Origin: Tubiluchus corallicola
Taxonomy: Eukaryota > Animalia > Priapulida
DNA length: 64,000 bases
Assembly (NCBI GenBank): GCA_030141605.1
Contig: JAQGDQ010000060.1
Location: 434,001 to 498,000, forward strand
Reading direction: 5' to 3'
In this document: positions 51,101 to 61,500 of the stretch, piece by piece
How the letters are laid out: every line of letters begins with the position of its first letter
How positions within the stretch are numbered: position 1 is the first letter of the stretch
The notes under the pieces: generated by a model
The model's database searches: none
What the model saw: only the letters and a program-made list of their open reading frames with translations
Told to the model about the DNA's origin: nothing
Position numbers and translations under genes: made by a program

Positions 51101-51869
51101 AAATAGCTATCTTTTATTTGACAATATTATTATTATCAATAAATAGCTATCTTTATTTGACAATATTATTATTATCAATAATTAACATCAGCTCACATTA
51201 ACATCACCATTAACAAAGCTGATAATAATAATAAACAATAAAAATTTCTTTAAGAAATACCACTATTTTACTATTTATTGCAATCCAAATTAACACATAT
51301 TTCAACGCAACTGTAGTGAAATAACAGATCTTTCACTAAGTGTTATCAAAGCTTGAAGGCCCCCCGAACTCGAGGGCCCTAGGCTGCTACACTAGTTTAT
51401 ATATGTAATAATCTGGCCTCAATGCTAACAAAAAGCTGTACATTTTACAACACTTGACAAAAGCTTTATTGTACAGACAAGACCTGTAAAAATTCATCTG
51501 GCAGCCAGAAACATAAAGTTACGATTATGTTGAACTTTTAGTTAACTGCAAAAACTTGAGCCTGGGGCAGGCATTACTGAACAGCATGAATTGTAATGAA
51601 GCACTAAACCAGCCACAGTATAACATTTTTATACTCTCTGTATATTGATTTTCCACAAAAAGTTAATGACTGCTAAATCTACGCTGTAGGTAATCAAAAT
51701 TGCAAGCAACTTTTACTGTTTCATGACCTACACGCAGATTAAAACCGTAAACTATGATACCCGAATCCAAATATTTCGTAAGCGTTTGCTCCAAAGACGG
51801 CAACGGCAAACTCGGCAGTGTGCGATGATGACCGAAAGTACGCACTGGTGTTTTCTCATTGGCTGTCAT
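29972..51869 (-). CDS. CROT: Peroxisomal carnitine O-octanoyltransferase (choline/carnitine acyltransferase family), 13 coding exons, 620 aa
   Basis: Exons (minus): 51869-51761, 49952-49828, 46981-46800, 45933-45809, 45520-45315, 42841-42728, 40886-40698, 38548-38441, 36549-36404, 35388-35265, 34306-34134, 32369-32250, 30113-29972. Total 1863 nt = 620 aa + TGA; all introns GT-AG with compatible phases. Motifs: LPSLPLPSLEQTL, NRWFDKS, catalytic [60 protein letters not shown], C-terminal AKL. Confidence 0.93.
30173..30830 (+). mobile_element. 5S rRNA-derived SINE (SINE3), full-length copy with 8-bp TSD
   Basis: Head about 30173-30291 resembles 5S rRNA (tgatcaccgaagttaa...gcctggttagtacttggatgggtgaccgcctaggaataccaggtgctgtagactt), followed by a 540-bp body shared with copies at 47.4 kb and 58 kb; ACAACACA at 30165-30172 and 30831-30838. 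Confidence 0.88.
31456..31552. repeat. 34-bp minisatellite x3
   Basis: Unit GAGATGCTGTCAAGAACCAACTACTTTGCAGTTG. Confidence 0.88.
32250..32369 (-). CDS. CROT: CROT coding exon 12 ([41 protein letters not shown])
   Basis: STS carnitine-binding motif and GYG; ctgtag/gtaagt boundaries. Confidence 0.92.
32446..33372. mobile_element. Tigger-like non-autonomous element, copy 1
   Basis: TIR CAGTAGGTGCCGCTTAAT..ACTCAC and its complement, TA flanks; homologous to 40995-42191. Confidence 0.85.
34134..34306 (-). CDS. CROT: CROT coding exon 11 (VEVRRELLQKAKAKH...GYDRHLFGL...YTDPSWAK)
   Basis: Within ORF 34103..34288 plus upstream extension; tttag/gtcagt boundaries. Confidence 0.92.
35265..35388 (-). 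CDS. CROT: CROT coding exon 10 ([41 protein letters not shown])
   Basis: Family signature YE..TR.F..GRTET; tttag/gtaagt boundaries. Confidence 0.93.
35466..35507 (-). ncRNA. Degenerate minimal type I hammerhead ribozyme (Penelope-like element relic)
   Basis: Minus strand GTCC-CTGATGA-aGCCC-ttatca-GGGT-AAAAC-gtgt-GTA-GGAC followed by gatAATAAA; conserved GAAA is mutated to AAAA. Confidence 0.6.
36404..36549 (-). CDS. CROT: CROT coding exon 9 (GMNIDSYSVTFTCFG...[20 protein letters not shown])
   Basis: Within ORF 36391..36573; tttcag/gtat boundaries. Confidence 0.92.
36960..37380 (-). mobile_element. LINE ORF2 C-terminal relic (L2/CR1-group-like)
   Basis: ORF 36980..37240 has TRLRIGFSQLNHHL..CSCG..ESISHYLLECALY (C-terminal CCHC knuckle). 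Confidence 0.7.
37389..37770. mobile_element. Tigger-like MITE (one end damaged)
   Basis: Begins TA|CAGTGTTCCTTCGCTACTTCGCGG; inverted homolog of 37903-38324. Confidence 0.75.
37903..38324. mobile_element. Tigger-like MITE
   Basis: TIR CAGTGTTCCCTC..GAGGGAACACTG, TA TSD. Confidence 0.85.
38441..38548 (-). CDS. CROT: CROT coding exon 8 (GSQEVRPMPKPVELEFVSDSEIKGAISKAKEQYAIA)
   Basis: gtttag/gtaggt boundaries, phase 0-0. Confidence 0.87.
38915..39633. mobile_element. Tigger-like MITE
   Basis: TA|CAGTTAGTCGTCGCTTAACGAC ... GTCGTTAAGCAAGGACTTACTG|TA; subterminal CGTTAAG motifs. Confidence 0.75.
39625..40638. repeat. 26-bp minisatellite x39, highly homogeneous
   Basis: Unit GACTTACTGTACACGTAGACTGTTAC; only a few variant units. 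Confidence 0.97.
40698..40886 (-). CDS. CROT: CROT coding exon 7 with catalytic His (NRWFDKS...DHAPFDAM...GKWK)
   Basis: Within ORF 40662..40871 plus upstream extension; ccag/gtgggt boundaries. Confidence 0.92.
40995..42191. mobile_element. Tigger-like non-autonomous element, copy 2, with 5 tandem copies of the 93-bp left end
   Basis: Left-end units start at 40995, 41088, 41181, 41274, 41367; right TIR ends ggtgcctactg at 42191. Confidence 0.85.
42728..42841 (-). CDS. CROT: CROT coding exon 6 (CREKLISLSKRNEDNLFMIQSAILGICFDKAMPVNDDE)
   Basis: tttctag/gtactc boundaries, phase 0-0. Confidence 0.85.
45040..45238. mobile_element. Partial third copy of the TTCGAA-rich MITE
   Basis: Matches 6840-7041, ending aatgttcaccccta. 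Confidence 0.65.
45315..45520 (-). CDS. CROT: CROT coding exon 5 (EDEGESPTHIVVFHNG...MTATDRVSWFN)
   Basis: Within ORF 45258..45554; ttttcag/gtgagt boundaries. Confidence 0.9.
45809..45933 (-). CDS. CROT: CROT coding exon 4 (QTVPVTVSGGNLWCMNQFRSWPSCCRIPGKDIDTLHRYFKT)
   Basis: MNQFR..CRIPG motif; AG/GT boundaries. Confidence 0.9.
45955..46272. repeat. Degenerate approximately 62-bp tandem repeat x5
   Basis: Recurring ggcaccactgacaaaatggctactgataaggatacc. Confidence 0.8.
46800..46981 (-). CDS. CROT: CROT coding exon 3 (IERLWEDNVYLKLRMPIHPYINF...WPPQAGTQLERAAF...WQKLRK)
   Basis: AG/GTAAGT boundaries; WPP..GTQLER motif typical of CROT. Confidence 0.9.
47432..47735 (-). mobile_element. 5'-truncated copy of the same SINE3 family
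   Basis: Reverse complement matches the body 30410-30827 with an internal deletion; (CCAA)n tail. Confidence 0.85.
49828..49952 (-). CDS. CROT: CROT coding exon 2 (VKPHVTAKEFEKTKKIVDDFYNGIGITLHEELKQRAAKERNW)
   Basis: ttttacag/gtaaaa boundaries; matches CROT N-terminal segment. Confidence 0.9.
50088..50503. mobile_element. MITE (hAT-like termini)
   Basis: CAGGTTCCCAC ... TGGGAACCCC ends with internal TTTTCCCTGAC/TTTTCCATGAC repeats; TSD not evident. Confidence 0.55.
50863..51181. repeat. AT-rich 39-40-bp minisatellite x8
   Basis: Unit ATAAATAGCTATCTTT(T)ATTTGACAATATTATTATKATCA. Confidence 0.9.
51761..51869 (-). CDS. CROT: CROT coding exon 1 (MTANEKTPVRTFGHHRTLPSLPLPSLEQTLTKYLDS)
   Basis: ATG at 51869 with in-frame stops just upstream; acceptor ttgcag at 51895-51900 implies an upstream 5'UTR exon; donor gtatca at 51760. 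Confidence 0.88.
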
Positions 51870-53252
51870 TGCTGCTGGTACATTTCAGTATTACCTGCAA
51901 GTGAGGGAACAGCAGTGAGAACAAAACTTACATTATTAGTATGTAAAAAAACATCTTGGTTGAATTAATAATTCGATCGGCTTAAATTAAAATAAGTTAA
52001 TATTTCTGGAACTTAAATAACTTCAATTAATAGCTTGCCCTGTTAACTTTATATGTATTTCAGAAAATCTTACAGAAAGAAACATCAAACTTGGGTCGAG
52101 CAGCCATTACAACTTGTACGTATGCATTAACTCTGACGCAGAAAGAAGGCTACAATGTCATAGCATACGCCACATTGTTATTATTAGTATTATTCCATGT
52201 TTATATACTTACATATAGCAGTGCTATAATTTTCGTTATTTTCACTATTATTGTCTTTCATTTTTCCAATTTTGAAAAAACAAATAAACAAATACTGTTT
52301 CAGTACTACACGTGTTGTTACTAGTGTTTTGTCAATTACTGATATACTTAGTTTATTGGTAATAGTATTTTTTATAATGTTATAATAGTATATAAATGAA
52401 CACAGTTAAAAAATCGTTTTGTATCGTTTTAAGAAGCGTATCGAATCGAATTGAGTCGCTGATATTTTCTTGTGTCAAAATGCAAGGTGGGTAAGATAAG
52501 ACCATTAGAGAAGAACGTTTGAATGCATTCTAGGAAACTTCGTCAAATTCGATCTACCTGTCAATGCGGCTTTCCATGTTTCTAAGTAAACACTGAACTG
52601 CGGTGTTCCAAAGAACGAAAATGAAAACCGGGTCACACAAAAGTCCTGGGAAATGTTCAAAAAAGGTTTCTTGGTACGTCTAAGCACGAGAGTCAGCACC
52701 TTGATACAGCTGCTCATGCTTCTAATTTGTTTTTTTTAACTTGGCTGCCATTACACTGCATTATTTCGCAATCTACAATAGCACTGGTTACTCTGACAGT
52801 TATGGCGTTTGTACATTTAGTTGTTCAATAGGCTGGCAACAAATTGAATCGAAAGTCGTCCATTAAAACCCTAACCTGAAAATAAATACAACTTTGTCTT
52901 GCACAATCAGCAAAATATTAAATGGTGCTTTTAGCAAACTAAATAATGTCATCAAAAAAAACTGACTGAGTTTGTGTCAAGTAAAATACATAGTACAAAT
53001 TGTTGGCCAGTTGGTTGTCCAAAATTGCATAACACAAACCATTCAAAGGGTTGTAAAATAAATATGTTTACATTAAACACAAAGCATTGCCATACTTTTG
53101 TTCTGTTAATAACAGCCAGCCTTAATAATTAAAATGAAAGCGCATAACTCGTAATGGATTTGTCAGGCGCACACATCAACGCGAAACAAGTAACACCAAC
53201 TATACAAACACATCATTTTTCAACAGCATGCAAATAATGATTCCTAAATCAC

Positions 53253-54233
53253 ATGGTTTGGATGCTGCGAAAAATGGAAGTTGGATTCACTGAAATGAAT
53301 ACGACTTTTGGCTACAGCAACACTGCGAATCCCAGTAATTTCCAACTTGTTGTTGATGTTTTTTCAGTGATTTTAGGTGTTGCGATCGTCATAGCCAATG
53401 GCATCGTTATTGCAGTGATTACGAAGACGCCGAGCTTACACAAACCGTTATATTACACGTTGGGTAATTTGTCTATAGCTGATTTGCTGTCAGGAATTAG
53501 CCTCATCGGGCAAACCGTGGCCTTCAACTTCGCCAGTCTGACACAGCAAAATGTCACATTGTGCTCATTTCTGTACGTAGTACCTAATGTTTCTGTGAGT
53601 AACTCAGTCGTCTGCTATTTCTTTACCACAGCCGAACGATTTGTTAGCATCGTGTATCCTCTTCGCTACCATATTTGGCTCTCTGATCAACGTGTGAAAA
53701 AGATTCTCATTTGTGCTTGGTTTTCACAAATTTTCAATTATACTATATGCTTAATTTTGTACTACTTCAGCAGGCAAATTTTGTACAAATGTATTCCAGC
53801 GCCTGACGGATTTTATTCAAAATACCTGTTTTACGGCATGCTTTGGTCGATACCGGGGATATCAACATCATTCTTCTACATGTACATCATTATTCTAAAA
53901 ACTGCCATGAAACATGCACGTGAAATAAACAATTTCATGCCAGCCACAGCAAGCAATGGCAACACCACAATGAGAGTGTCTTCACTTCAAGCAAAACTCA
54001 AACCTCTAAAAACTGTAACCATTATAGTAGTACTGTTTTTCGTGTCCTATGTGCCGTGCATGGTGGCGCTTCTGGCATTAAACATTAGTGGTGAAACCAA
54101 GATGGTTAACGCAAGCAACTATTACTGGTATATTCTGCCAGCGTATGCCAATTCGTTGGCCAATGTGTTTGTTTACGTAGCAAGATTAGACGAGTTCAAA
54201 AATGAAATAAAAAAGATGGTTACTTTTCATTAA
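53253..54233 (+). CDS. Intronless class A (rhodopsin-like) GPCR, copy A; orphan or putative chemosensory-type
   Basis: 326-aa ORF with 7 hydrophobic segments; AN in TM1, LHKPLYY, NLSIADLL, ERFVSIVYPLRY, W in TM4, KPLKT, YVP in TM6, NSLANVFVY; N-glycosylation sequon NTT near the N-terminus. True start may be a downstream Met. Confidence 0.93.
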   Translation: MVWMLRKMEVGFTEMNTTFGYSNTANPSNFQLVVDVFSVILGVAIVIANGIVIAVITKTPSLHKPLYYTLGNLSIADLLSGISLIGQTVAFNFASLTQQNVTLCSFLYVVPNVSVSNSVVCYFFTTAERFVSIVYPLRYHIWLSDQRVKKILICAWFSQIFNYTICLILYYFSRQILYKCIPAPDGFYSKYLFYGMLWSIPGISTSFFYMYIIILKTAMKHAREINNFMPATASNGNTTMRVSSLQAKLKPLKTVTIIVVLFFVSYVPCMVALLALNISGETKMVNASNYYWYILPAYANSLANVFVYVARLDEFKNEIKKMVTFH

Positions 54234-55726
54234 CCAATCAGTTAATCTTGTTCTCAAAAAAAATTTAAAATAGTTAATGTACTGTTATAAATTTGGAGAT
54301 ACTTTTATGTGAATAGAGACAAAAACCTGACAAATATTAATGAAATAACTAACTCTGATCTGTCAGTTGCTTGAACAAAATATGCATTCTAAAAATGATA
54401 GTACAATAGGTAAACTAATTGCTGTCAGCAACGGGTTTATGATTATTGAAATTGAAATAAAATGAATCTGCAAATTAAAATATAAGTGCTGGTCTACTTA
54501 CATAAACTATAAATTGCATAAACGCAAGTGCAATCTACAATATTTAGAATAATAGTTGCATGTGAAATATATTCATAATGACATGTAAATAATTTTGAGA
54601 TACATATACAGTGTACTCCGCTTTACAAATCCACATTGGTTTGAAGCAGAATGGATTTGTTAACTGCCTGGATTTATAAATCAAAGAGTGTGTATTGTTT
54701 ATTTACGAAGCCAAATCACTTAGCAATCACTGAGCTGCCTGCGAGAAGTTTTTAAGTAAAGTGCAATAATTTATTAGCATTCGCATAATATCCTGATATA
54801 GCTCAAGTTAAAACGTGGGACAATCGTGTGGTTTTATGTTAGAATTCATTTAATAGTTGTTGGAGTGATTGACTTACTGACCTGATGACAAACTAGATTA
54901 CTCATTGAAAATGGCTTTACTGCCCAAACTGACTGGTGAGTGACATGTGGACTGACTCCCTCACTAATCGATTAAATGTCTTTAGTCCTTAGCTCTCGTA
55001 TTTGGCTCTCTAACTGACTGACTGACTAACAAACTGACTGAGTGAGTGACTTACTGTCCACTCAGTTTTGGCATTCCAAAAGAAAAAAACGAACACTGAG
55101 CAACACAAAAGTCTGAGGAAATGTTCAAAAGCTTTTTGGTACGTCTAGGCACTGGGTCTACATCTTGATACAGCTACTCAATGTTTTCTAGTTCCTCTTT
55201 TTAACTTAGCTGTTGTTACACTGCATTATTTCACAATCTACAATGGCACTGTTTTTCTGACAATTAGTGCTTTTGTGCATTTAATTGTTCAATAGGCTGG
55301 CAACAAACTGAATCAAAAGTTGCACTGTTGTTGCCAGTTACAACCCTAAACCCGAAAATGAAGGTAACTCTGTCCTACACAATCAGTAAAATTTTAAGTA
55401 GTGTTTTTATCATACTAAATAATATTCTAAAAAAACATTGAACGTGTATGATTGAGTGCACATGTGTTAGGCAAAATAGATAGCCCAAAATTGCATCAGC
55501 ACAAAGCATTCTAAGGGTTGTAAAATAAACATGTTTACACTAAGCACGAAGCATTGCCACACTTTTGTTCTTTTCATAATAGTCAGCCTTGATAAAAGAA
55601 AGCACATATCTCATAATGGATTTGTCAGGCACACACATCAACGCTTGCAAAACAAGTAACATTAACTAAACAACGCATCATTTTTAACAGCACACGTATA
55701 ATGACTCCTACTACTAACGGTGCTGG

Positions 55727-56698
55727 ATGCTGCGAAAAAAGGAAATTGGATTCACCGAAATGAATACGACTTTTAGCTACGACAGTACTGCGAATCCCAG
55801 TAATTTCCAACTTGTTGTTGATGTTTTTTCTGTGATTTTAGGTGCTGTGATCGTCATAGCCAATGGCATCGTTATTGCAGTGATTACGAAGACGCCGAGC
55901 TTACACAAACCGTTATATTACACGTTGGGTAATTTGTCTGTAGCTGATTTGCTGTCAGGAATTTTCCTCATTGGGCAAACCGTGGCCTTCAACTTCGCCA
56001 GTCTGATACAGCAAAATCTCACATTGTGTTCATTTCTGTATGTAGTACCTAGTGTTTCTGTGAGTAACTCAGTCGTCTGCTATCTCTTGGCCACAGCCGA
56101 ACGATTTGTTAGCATCGTGTATCCTCTTCGCTACCATATTTGGCTCTCTGATCAACGTGTGAAAAAGATTCTCACTTGTGCTTGGGTTTTACAAATTTTC
56201 AATTATACTATGTGCTTAATTTTGTACTACTTCAGCAGGCAAATTTTGTACAAATGTATTCCAGCGATTCACGGATTTTTTTCAAAGTACTTGTTCTACT
56301 GCATGCTCTTGTCGATACCGGGGATATCAACGTCATTCTTCTACATGTACATCGTTATTCTAAAAACTGCTATGAAACATGCACGTGAAATAAACAATTG
56401 CATGCCAGCCACAGTGAGCAATGGCAACACCACAACAAGAGTGACTTCACTTCAGGCAAAACTCAAACCTCTAAAAACTGTAACCATTATAGTAGTACTG
56501 TTTTTCATGTCCTATGTGCCGTGCATGGTAGCACTTCTGGCATTAAACATCAATGGTGAAACCAAGATTGTTAACGCAAGCAACTATTACTGGTATATTC
56601 TGCCAGCTTATGCTAATTCGTTGGCCAACGTGTTTGTTTACGTAGCAAGATTAGATGAGTTCAGAAACGAAATAAAAAAAATGGTTACTTTTCATTAA
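55727..56698 (+). CDS. Intronless class A GPCR, copy B (tandem paralog of copy A)
   Basis: 323-aa ORF, about 33 aa differences from copy A by manual alignment, same motifs. Confidence 0.93.
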   Translation: MLRKKEIGFTEMNTTFSYDSTANPSNFQLVVDVFSVILGAVIVIANGIVIAVITKTPSLHKPLYYTLGNLSVADLLSGIFLIGQTVAFNFASLIQQNLTLCSFLYVVPSVSVSNSVVCYLLATAERFVSIVYPLRYHIWLSDQRVKKILTCAWVLQIFNYTMCLILYYFSRQILYKCIPAIHGFFSKYLFYCMLLSIPGISTSFFYMYIVILKTAMKHAREINNCMPATVSNGNTTTRVTSLQAKLKPLKTVTIIVVLFFMSYVPCMVALLALNINGETKIVNASNYYWYILPAYANSLANVFVYVARLDEFRNEIKKMVTFH

Positions 56699-57704
56699 CA
56701 AATCAGCTAATCTTGTTCTCAAAAAAAAATTTAGAATAGCTAATGTACTGTTATAAATTTGGAGGTACTTTTATGTGAATAGAGACAAAAACCTGACAAA
56801 TATTAATGAAATAACTAACTCTGATCTGTCAGTTGCTTGACCAAAATATGCATTCTAAAAATGATAGTACAATAGGTAAACTAATTGCTGTCAGCAACGG
56901 GTTTATGATTATGGAAATTGAAATAAAATGATTCTGCAAATTAAAACATAAGTGCTGGTCTAGTTACATAAACTATAAATTCCATAAACACAAGTGCAAT
57001 CTACAATATTTAGAATAATAGTTGCATGTGAAATATATTCATAATGACATGTAAATAATTTTGAGATGCATATACAGTGTACTCCGCTTTACAAATCCAC
57101 ATTGGTTTGAAGCAGAATGGATTTGTTAACTGCCTGGATTTATAAATCAAAGAGTGTGTATTGTTTATTTACGAAGCCAAATCACTTAGCAATCACTGAG
57201 CTGCCTGCGAGAAGTTTTTAAGTAAAGTGCAATAATTTATTAGCATTCGCATAATATCCTGATATAGCTCAAGTTAAAATGTGGGACAATCGTGTGGTCT
57301 TATGTCAGAATTCATTTAATAGTTGATGGAGTGATTGACTTACTGACCTGATGACAAACTAGATTACTCATTGAAAATGGCTTTACTGCCCAAACTGACA
57401 ATTTTGTTGTCTCCACAGCTACAAGTTTGATTTATAAAGTGCAGTTTGGATTTAATAAAAGATGGATTTTACTAGAAATCCACTGACTAGGCGGACTTTA
57501 CTAAGTTAGAAAAAAGCATTATACAGTTTCGTGTATAGCTCCTATGACAGCAATAAGCGGCTGGATTTATTATTCGTGGATTCATTAAGCGGATGCTAGT
57601 GTACTTTACAAAGTGAAATATCTGAGTTCTGAGTATTACAACATTAGTGCTTATGTTGATTGTTGTAGCTGTTGCTGTGACTGGTTTCACTGTAATCTCC
57701 ATTG

Positions 57705-57875
57705 CCATTGATAGTAATGGCGGTGGTGGTGATGGTGATGATGATCATGATGATGATGATGACGATAGTGATGATGATGATGGCAGTGGTGGTGGTGATG
57801 GTGATGATGAGGATAATGATGATGATGATGATGGTGATGATAATGATGACAATAACGACAATAATGGAAATAATG
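57705..57875. repeat. (GAT/GGT) low-complexity microsatellite
   Basis: Direct inspection. Confidence 0.85.
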
Positions 57876-57959
57876 CTCTGGATGATACGGTTTTCTTACT
57901 ACGGATATTATCCACTTTTTACTGTTAAGCTTTTGCAAGGCATGCTAAAGTTTTTTGGG

Positions 57960-58500
57960 TGGCATCCTTCTGTCTCGGAAGACAATGGAATGTGCGCCAA
58001 GAGAGTCAGTTATTGATCACATTGATGGAGCTGCAGAGTCGACTGTGGCTGAGCAATCCGCTCCTTGGAGTAGCCTCTCCAGGGCACACGCCTGGGCAAA
58101 GGTGTATGGAGATCCTGAGTTGCCCAGACAACAGGAACCCCCTTTCGTCCTCCTTGGTGTAGTCCAAAGGAAAGCAGACCGATACGTTTGGCACCAGGTT
58201 GGCTGCAGGAGCTGCCGGAGTCAGTGAACATGCTGTACTGGTCCGCCTTTGGGGCTCCACTCCTGAATTGGAAGGTTTACTCCTCTACACATGGCCGTTG
58301 GGTCACTTGACCTGCTCCGCCCTCTAGCCATTGTCTGCTTGTGCAGCTCCGCCGCCTAGTGTTGAGATACAGTGTGGGCATCCCGCAAGCCTACAGCACC
58401 AGGTATTCCTAGGCGATCACCCATCCAAGTACTAACCAGGCTCTATGTTGCTTAACTTCGGTGATCAGACGAGAACCAGTGTTTTCAACATATTTGGCTA
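57960..58500 (-). mobile_element. 5S rRNA-derived SINE (SINE3), second near-full copy
   Basis: 5S-like head at about 58387-58500 (reverse strand) plus the same body; ends ..gagacagaaggatgcca. Confidence 0.88.
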
Positions 58501-61500
58501 AATAGGTGCATTGAAAACAATATAAATCGAGGCACACAGTTAAGGCACCAAGGGTCAGGGGCACCAAGGTGGTAAAAACATAAAATCTAAAACTTAAAGA
58601 TAAAATTTTAAGAGTTGATCTCAGCATTGGCAATTTTCCATTAATGCCAAATATAAATGATCTATTCACATTACTTAGTGTCAAACTATTAGGTTGTCCC
58701 AAGTGTTTACTTTAGTTAAGTCATTCCAATAACTAGCAATCTTTGTAGCTATAAATAACTATTTTTTGCTGTTGGCAAGGCATCATGCCTTCTTTTTTGT
58801 TGTTGTTTTGTGTTATTCAAATTTCATTTGAAGTCAATAAAGATTTTAAGTGGTATAAATCCTACAGAGCAAAGGAGTGTGTTTTATATATCTTTTTACA
58901 TATTAACATTTTTTATATTAATCTCGCATAATTTGTATTGCATAATACGTATGCTTTGAGGTGTGAAACGTGGAGATACAGGGCAAAGGAAAGACCCAGG
59001 GTACCAGGTGCTGGGTGTGTTTAGGGCACCAACACACCTTAATATGAGCCTATGCATAACAACAGCATACAAAGAGAAACACTTGAAAATGGCAGGCCCA
59101 GCAATAACGCAAATAGCAATTTTAAATGTATAAGTTTCCTAGAACTGCACGGTAAGCAAGAAATACTACATAAAAACTCACGACGTACTTCACAGAAAAA
59201 CAGCAATTTCTCAGAAACACATCAAGCCTGCACGGTTTTTCTCAATCACACGAGTTACTGTCTGCTGCCGCATCTGCACAAATACATCCAAGTTATAAAC
59301 TGATGATGATGATACAATCTTACTAAGTTGGTCCAAAGTCATACCACTCAACCTAAAAAACACAAAAAACAGCAGTTGAAGCTAAGCAAAACATTTTTAG
59401 GTTTAGAAGATGTTAATGATAAAATCAAATGGCAAATAGAAAAGAAAAATATATCAAAAACACGAAATATTAGTTACTTTTAATACCAAGATTGAAATTA
59501 GACGATTAAGTTTAATTACAGGAAAAAAAATCTGACAAAAATTGTGTCAGCAATAGCACAACTCAACTCAGATAACAAACCTTGGTTGTAACTAATGTTA
59601 AAAGATTACAACTAATTGACTAGTTGATCGCTTGGAAAAGCAAAAATGTGTCAAACACCAGAATATTTTAAAATTATGAAAAATCTTCATAACGAATTAC
59701 CAGCGACAAATGAACATATTTTATGCGACGACAGTAACATACCAACCTTAAGTCTTTGACACCAGAATATATTAAAATTATCAAAAATCTTCAAAAGAAT
59801 TACAAGCAACAAATGAAAATTCTTTTATGTGATGCCAGTAACATACCAACCTTAAGTTGCAATTTATACTAATTAAAATTTTTCAGTCTTCTTGTTATCT
59901 TATTCAAAGCAACTACAAAGAAAAAACTTTTTTCGTATTATGTATACGACTTAAGCAGTCAGCACACTTAAATGAGCACATATAGGTGATAGCCATATAG
60001 AAATATTTATCAGTACTAAATAAATAACCTTATCGGTAGATTTATTGTACATTGTACTTTATAATATGACTATGTTAAATATAATTACAAATGAATGATT
60101 ATGGCACAGAAGGTTAAACATAGGTCCACTAAGAGAGAGAAATTTATTGCAAAGTGGCAAGCACAAGACCATAGATATTACAATTATTTTTATATTATTT
60201 CATTTGTTCAGCATGTTGCGTCCAACGGCAGGGCCTATTACTAATGCTAACGGGTGTATTAGAAACAGAACCTATGTCATTTTTAACCATGCTGATCATT
60301 GCTTAACTTCATAGCCAAGCATAAACAGTGACACCTCAACTATCCGCCACACTACACAGCACAAATTGCTTGACCTGGTGATGATTTACAATTTTCGTGA
60401 TTTGACATGGCTTCATTCTTTCTCTTTGGTTCTTCTGCTGGATTGAGTTTCTTGATTGATTTGCAATTTTTTGTTTTGTTTTTGTTGAGTTGGATTTAGT
60501 CTCTTGATTTAAATTTAAAATTTCTGTTTTGTTTGCTAATTTAAATTTTGCCTTTTCTCATTTGCCAAATTTGTTTATTGTTTCTAAATTTAAACTCATT
60601 TGAACTTGTTGTCTTATTCTTTGCCAAGTAATTAATTATTATTCATTTGTACGTACCTACTTGACAGGTCACTTAATTTTCTTCAATTTGGATAGGGGTG
60701 GCTGACCTTTGGTCTTTTTACCACCCCATCTTTTTCCATCTTTATTTTAGTTTTTTGCTTTTGCTTATGTTTATTTTGTACAAATTAGAGACAAATAAAC
60801 AATTTACTTATTTTATATGATTTTATATAGAGTAACACAAAGCCATACAAGGAAATGTCTAGCAAGCACGTAGTTTGACAGCACCCAGAAGTTGCATCGA
60901 GTTCTTAAGAGGCGTTTAACCATTAGCATGACTATAATCGCATTACTATATAAGCCTTATGACGCACAATTCAAAAATGTGAATTCTACGAATAGTGATA
61001 CCAGGACAAAGGGCACTGCTAAATTAATGCATTATATAAACCAGTTCTGGGTCCCTTACAACTTTACAAGCAACATAAGGCTAACAAAGTTAAAGCCATA
61101 ATAAATGCAAATAATAGGGTCTCTGCAAAGGTGAGGCAAGAACTGTAGATGCTAATTATAAAATTTATATAATTTCAGTGCAAGTTTTTCCAGCTGTACG
61201 TCAAAACTCGCTGTTCTGTCTTTAGATGCAAATGATGGAATGGATTAATTGATCGAGTGAAATTTAAATAAAAAGATTATGGATTAAAATCCCAAGTTAA
61301 AGACAAAGCTGAGTCTATAGATAATAGATAATTTTATTCCGCACACATGGTTCAACTCGTAATAACATAGAAGAACTAATGGAAGTAAGCCAAATCCGAG
61401 CGCAACGTACGACCAATGGGTCCTTTACACCTTGTCCTTATTTAAAGATTAATGAATTTGCAGTGGTTGGATGACAATGTGAAGACAAGGCAGTATTAGC

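Larger units (their letters stand above)
52630..57398 (+). repeat. Tandem segmental duplication (about 2.47 kb period) carrying the two GPCRs
   Basis: About 52630-54932 aligns with about 55100-57398, including 5' flank, CDS and near-identical 3' flank. Confidence 0.9.

Noticed and set aside
57647-58016. Asp-rich, His-rich and Met-rich ORFs, one with a signal-peptide-like start
   Set aside because: (GAT)n microsatellite; the listed Asp-rich ORF starts at GTG, not ATG, and has no other support
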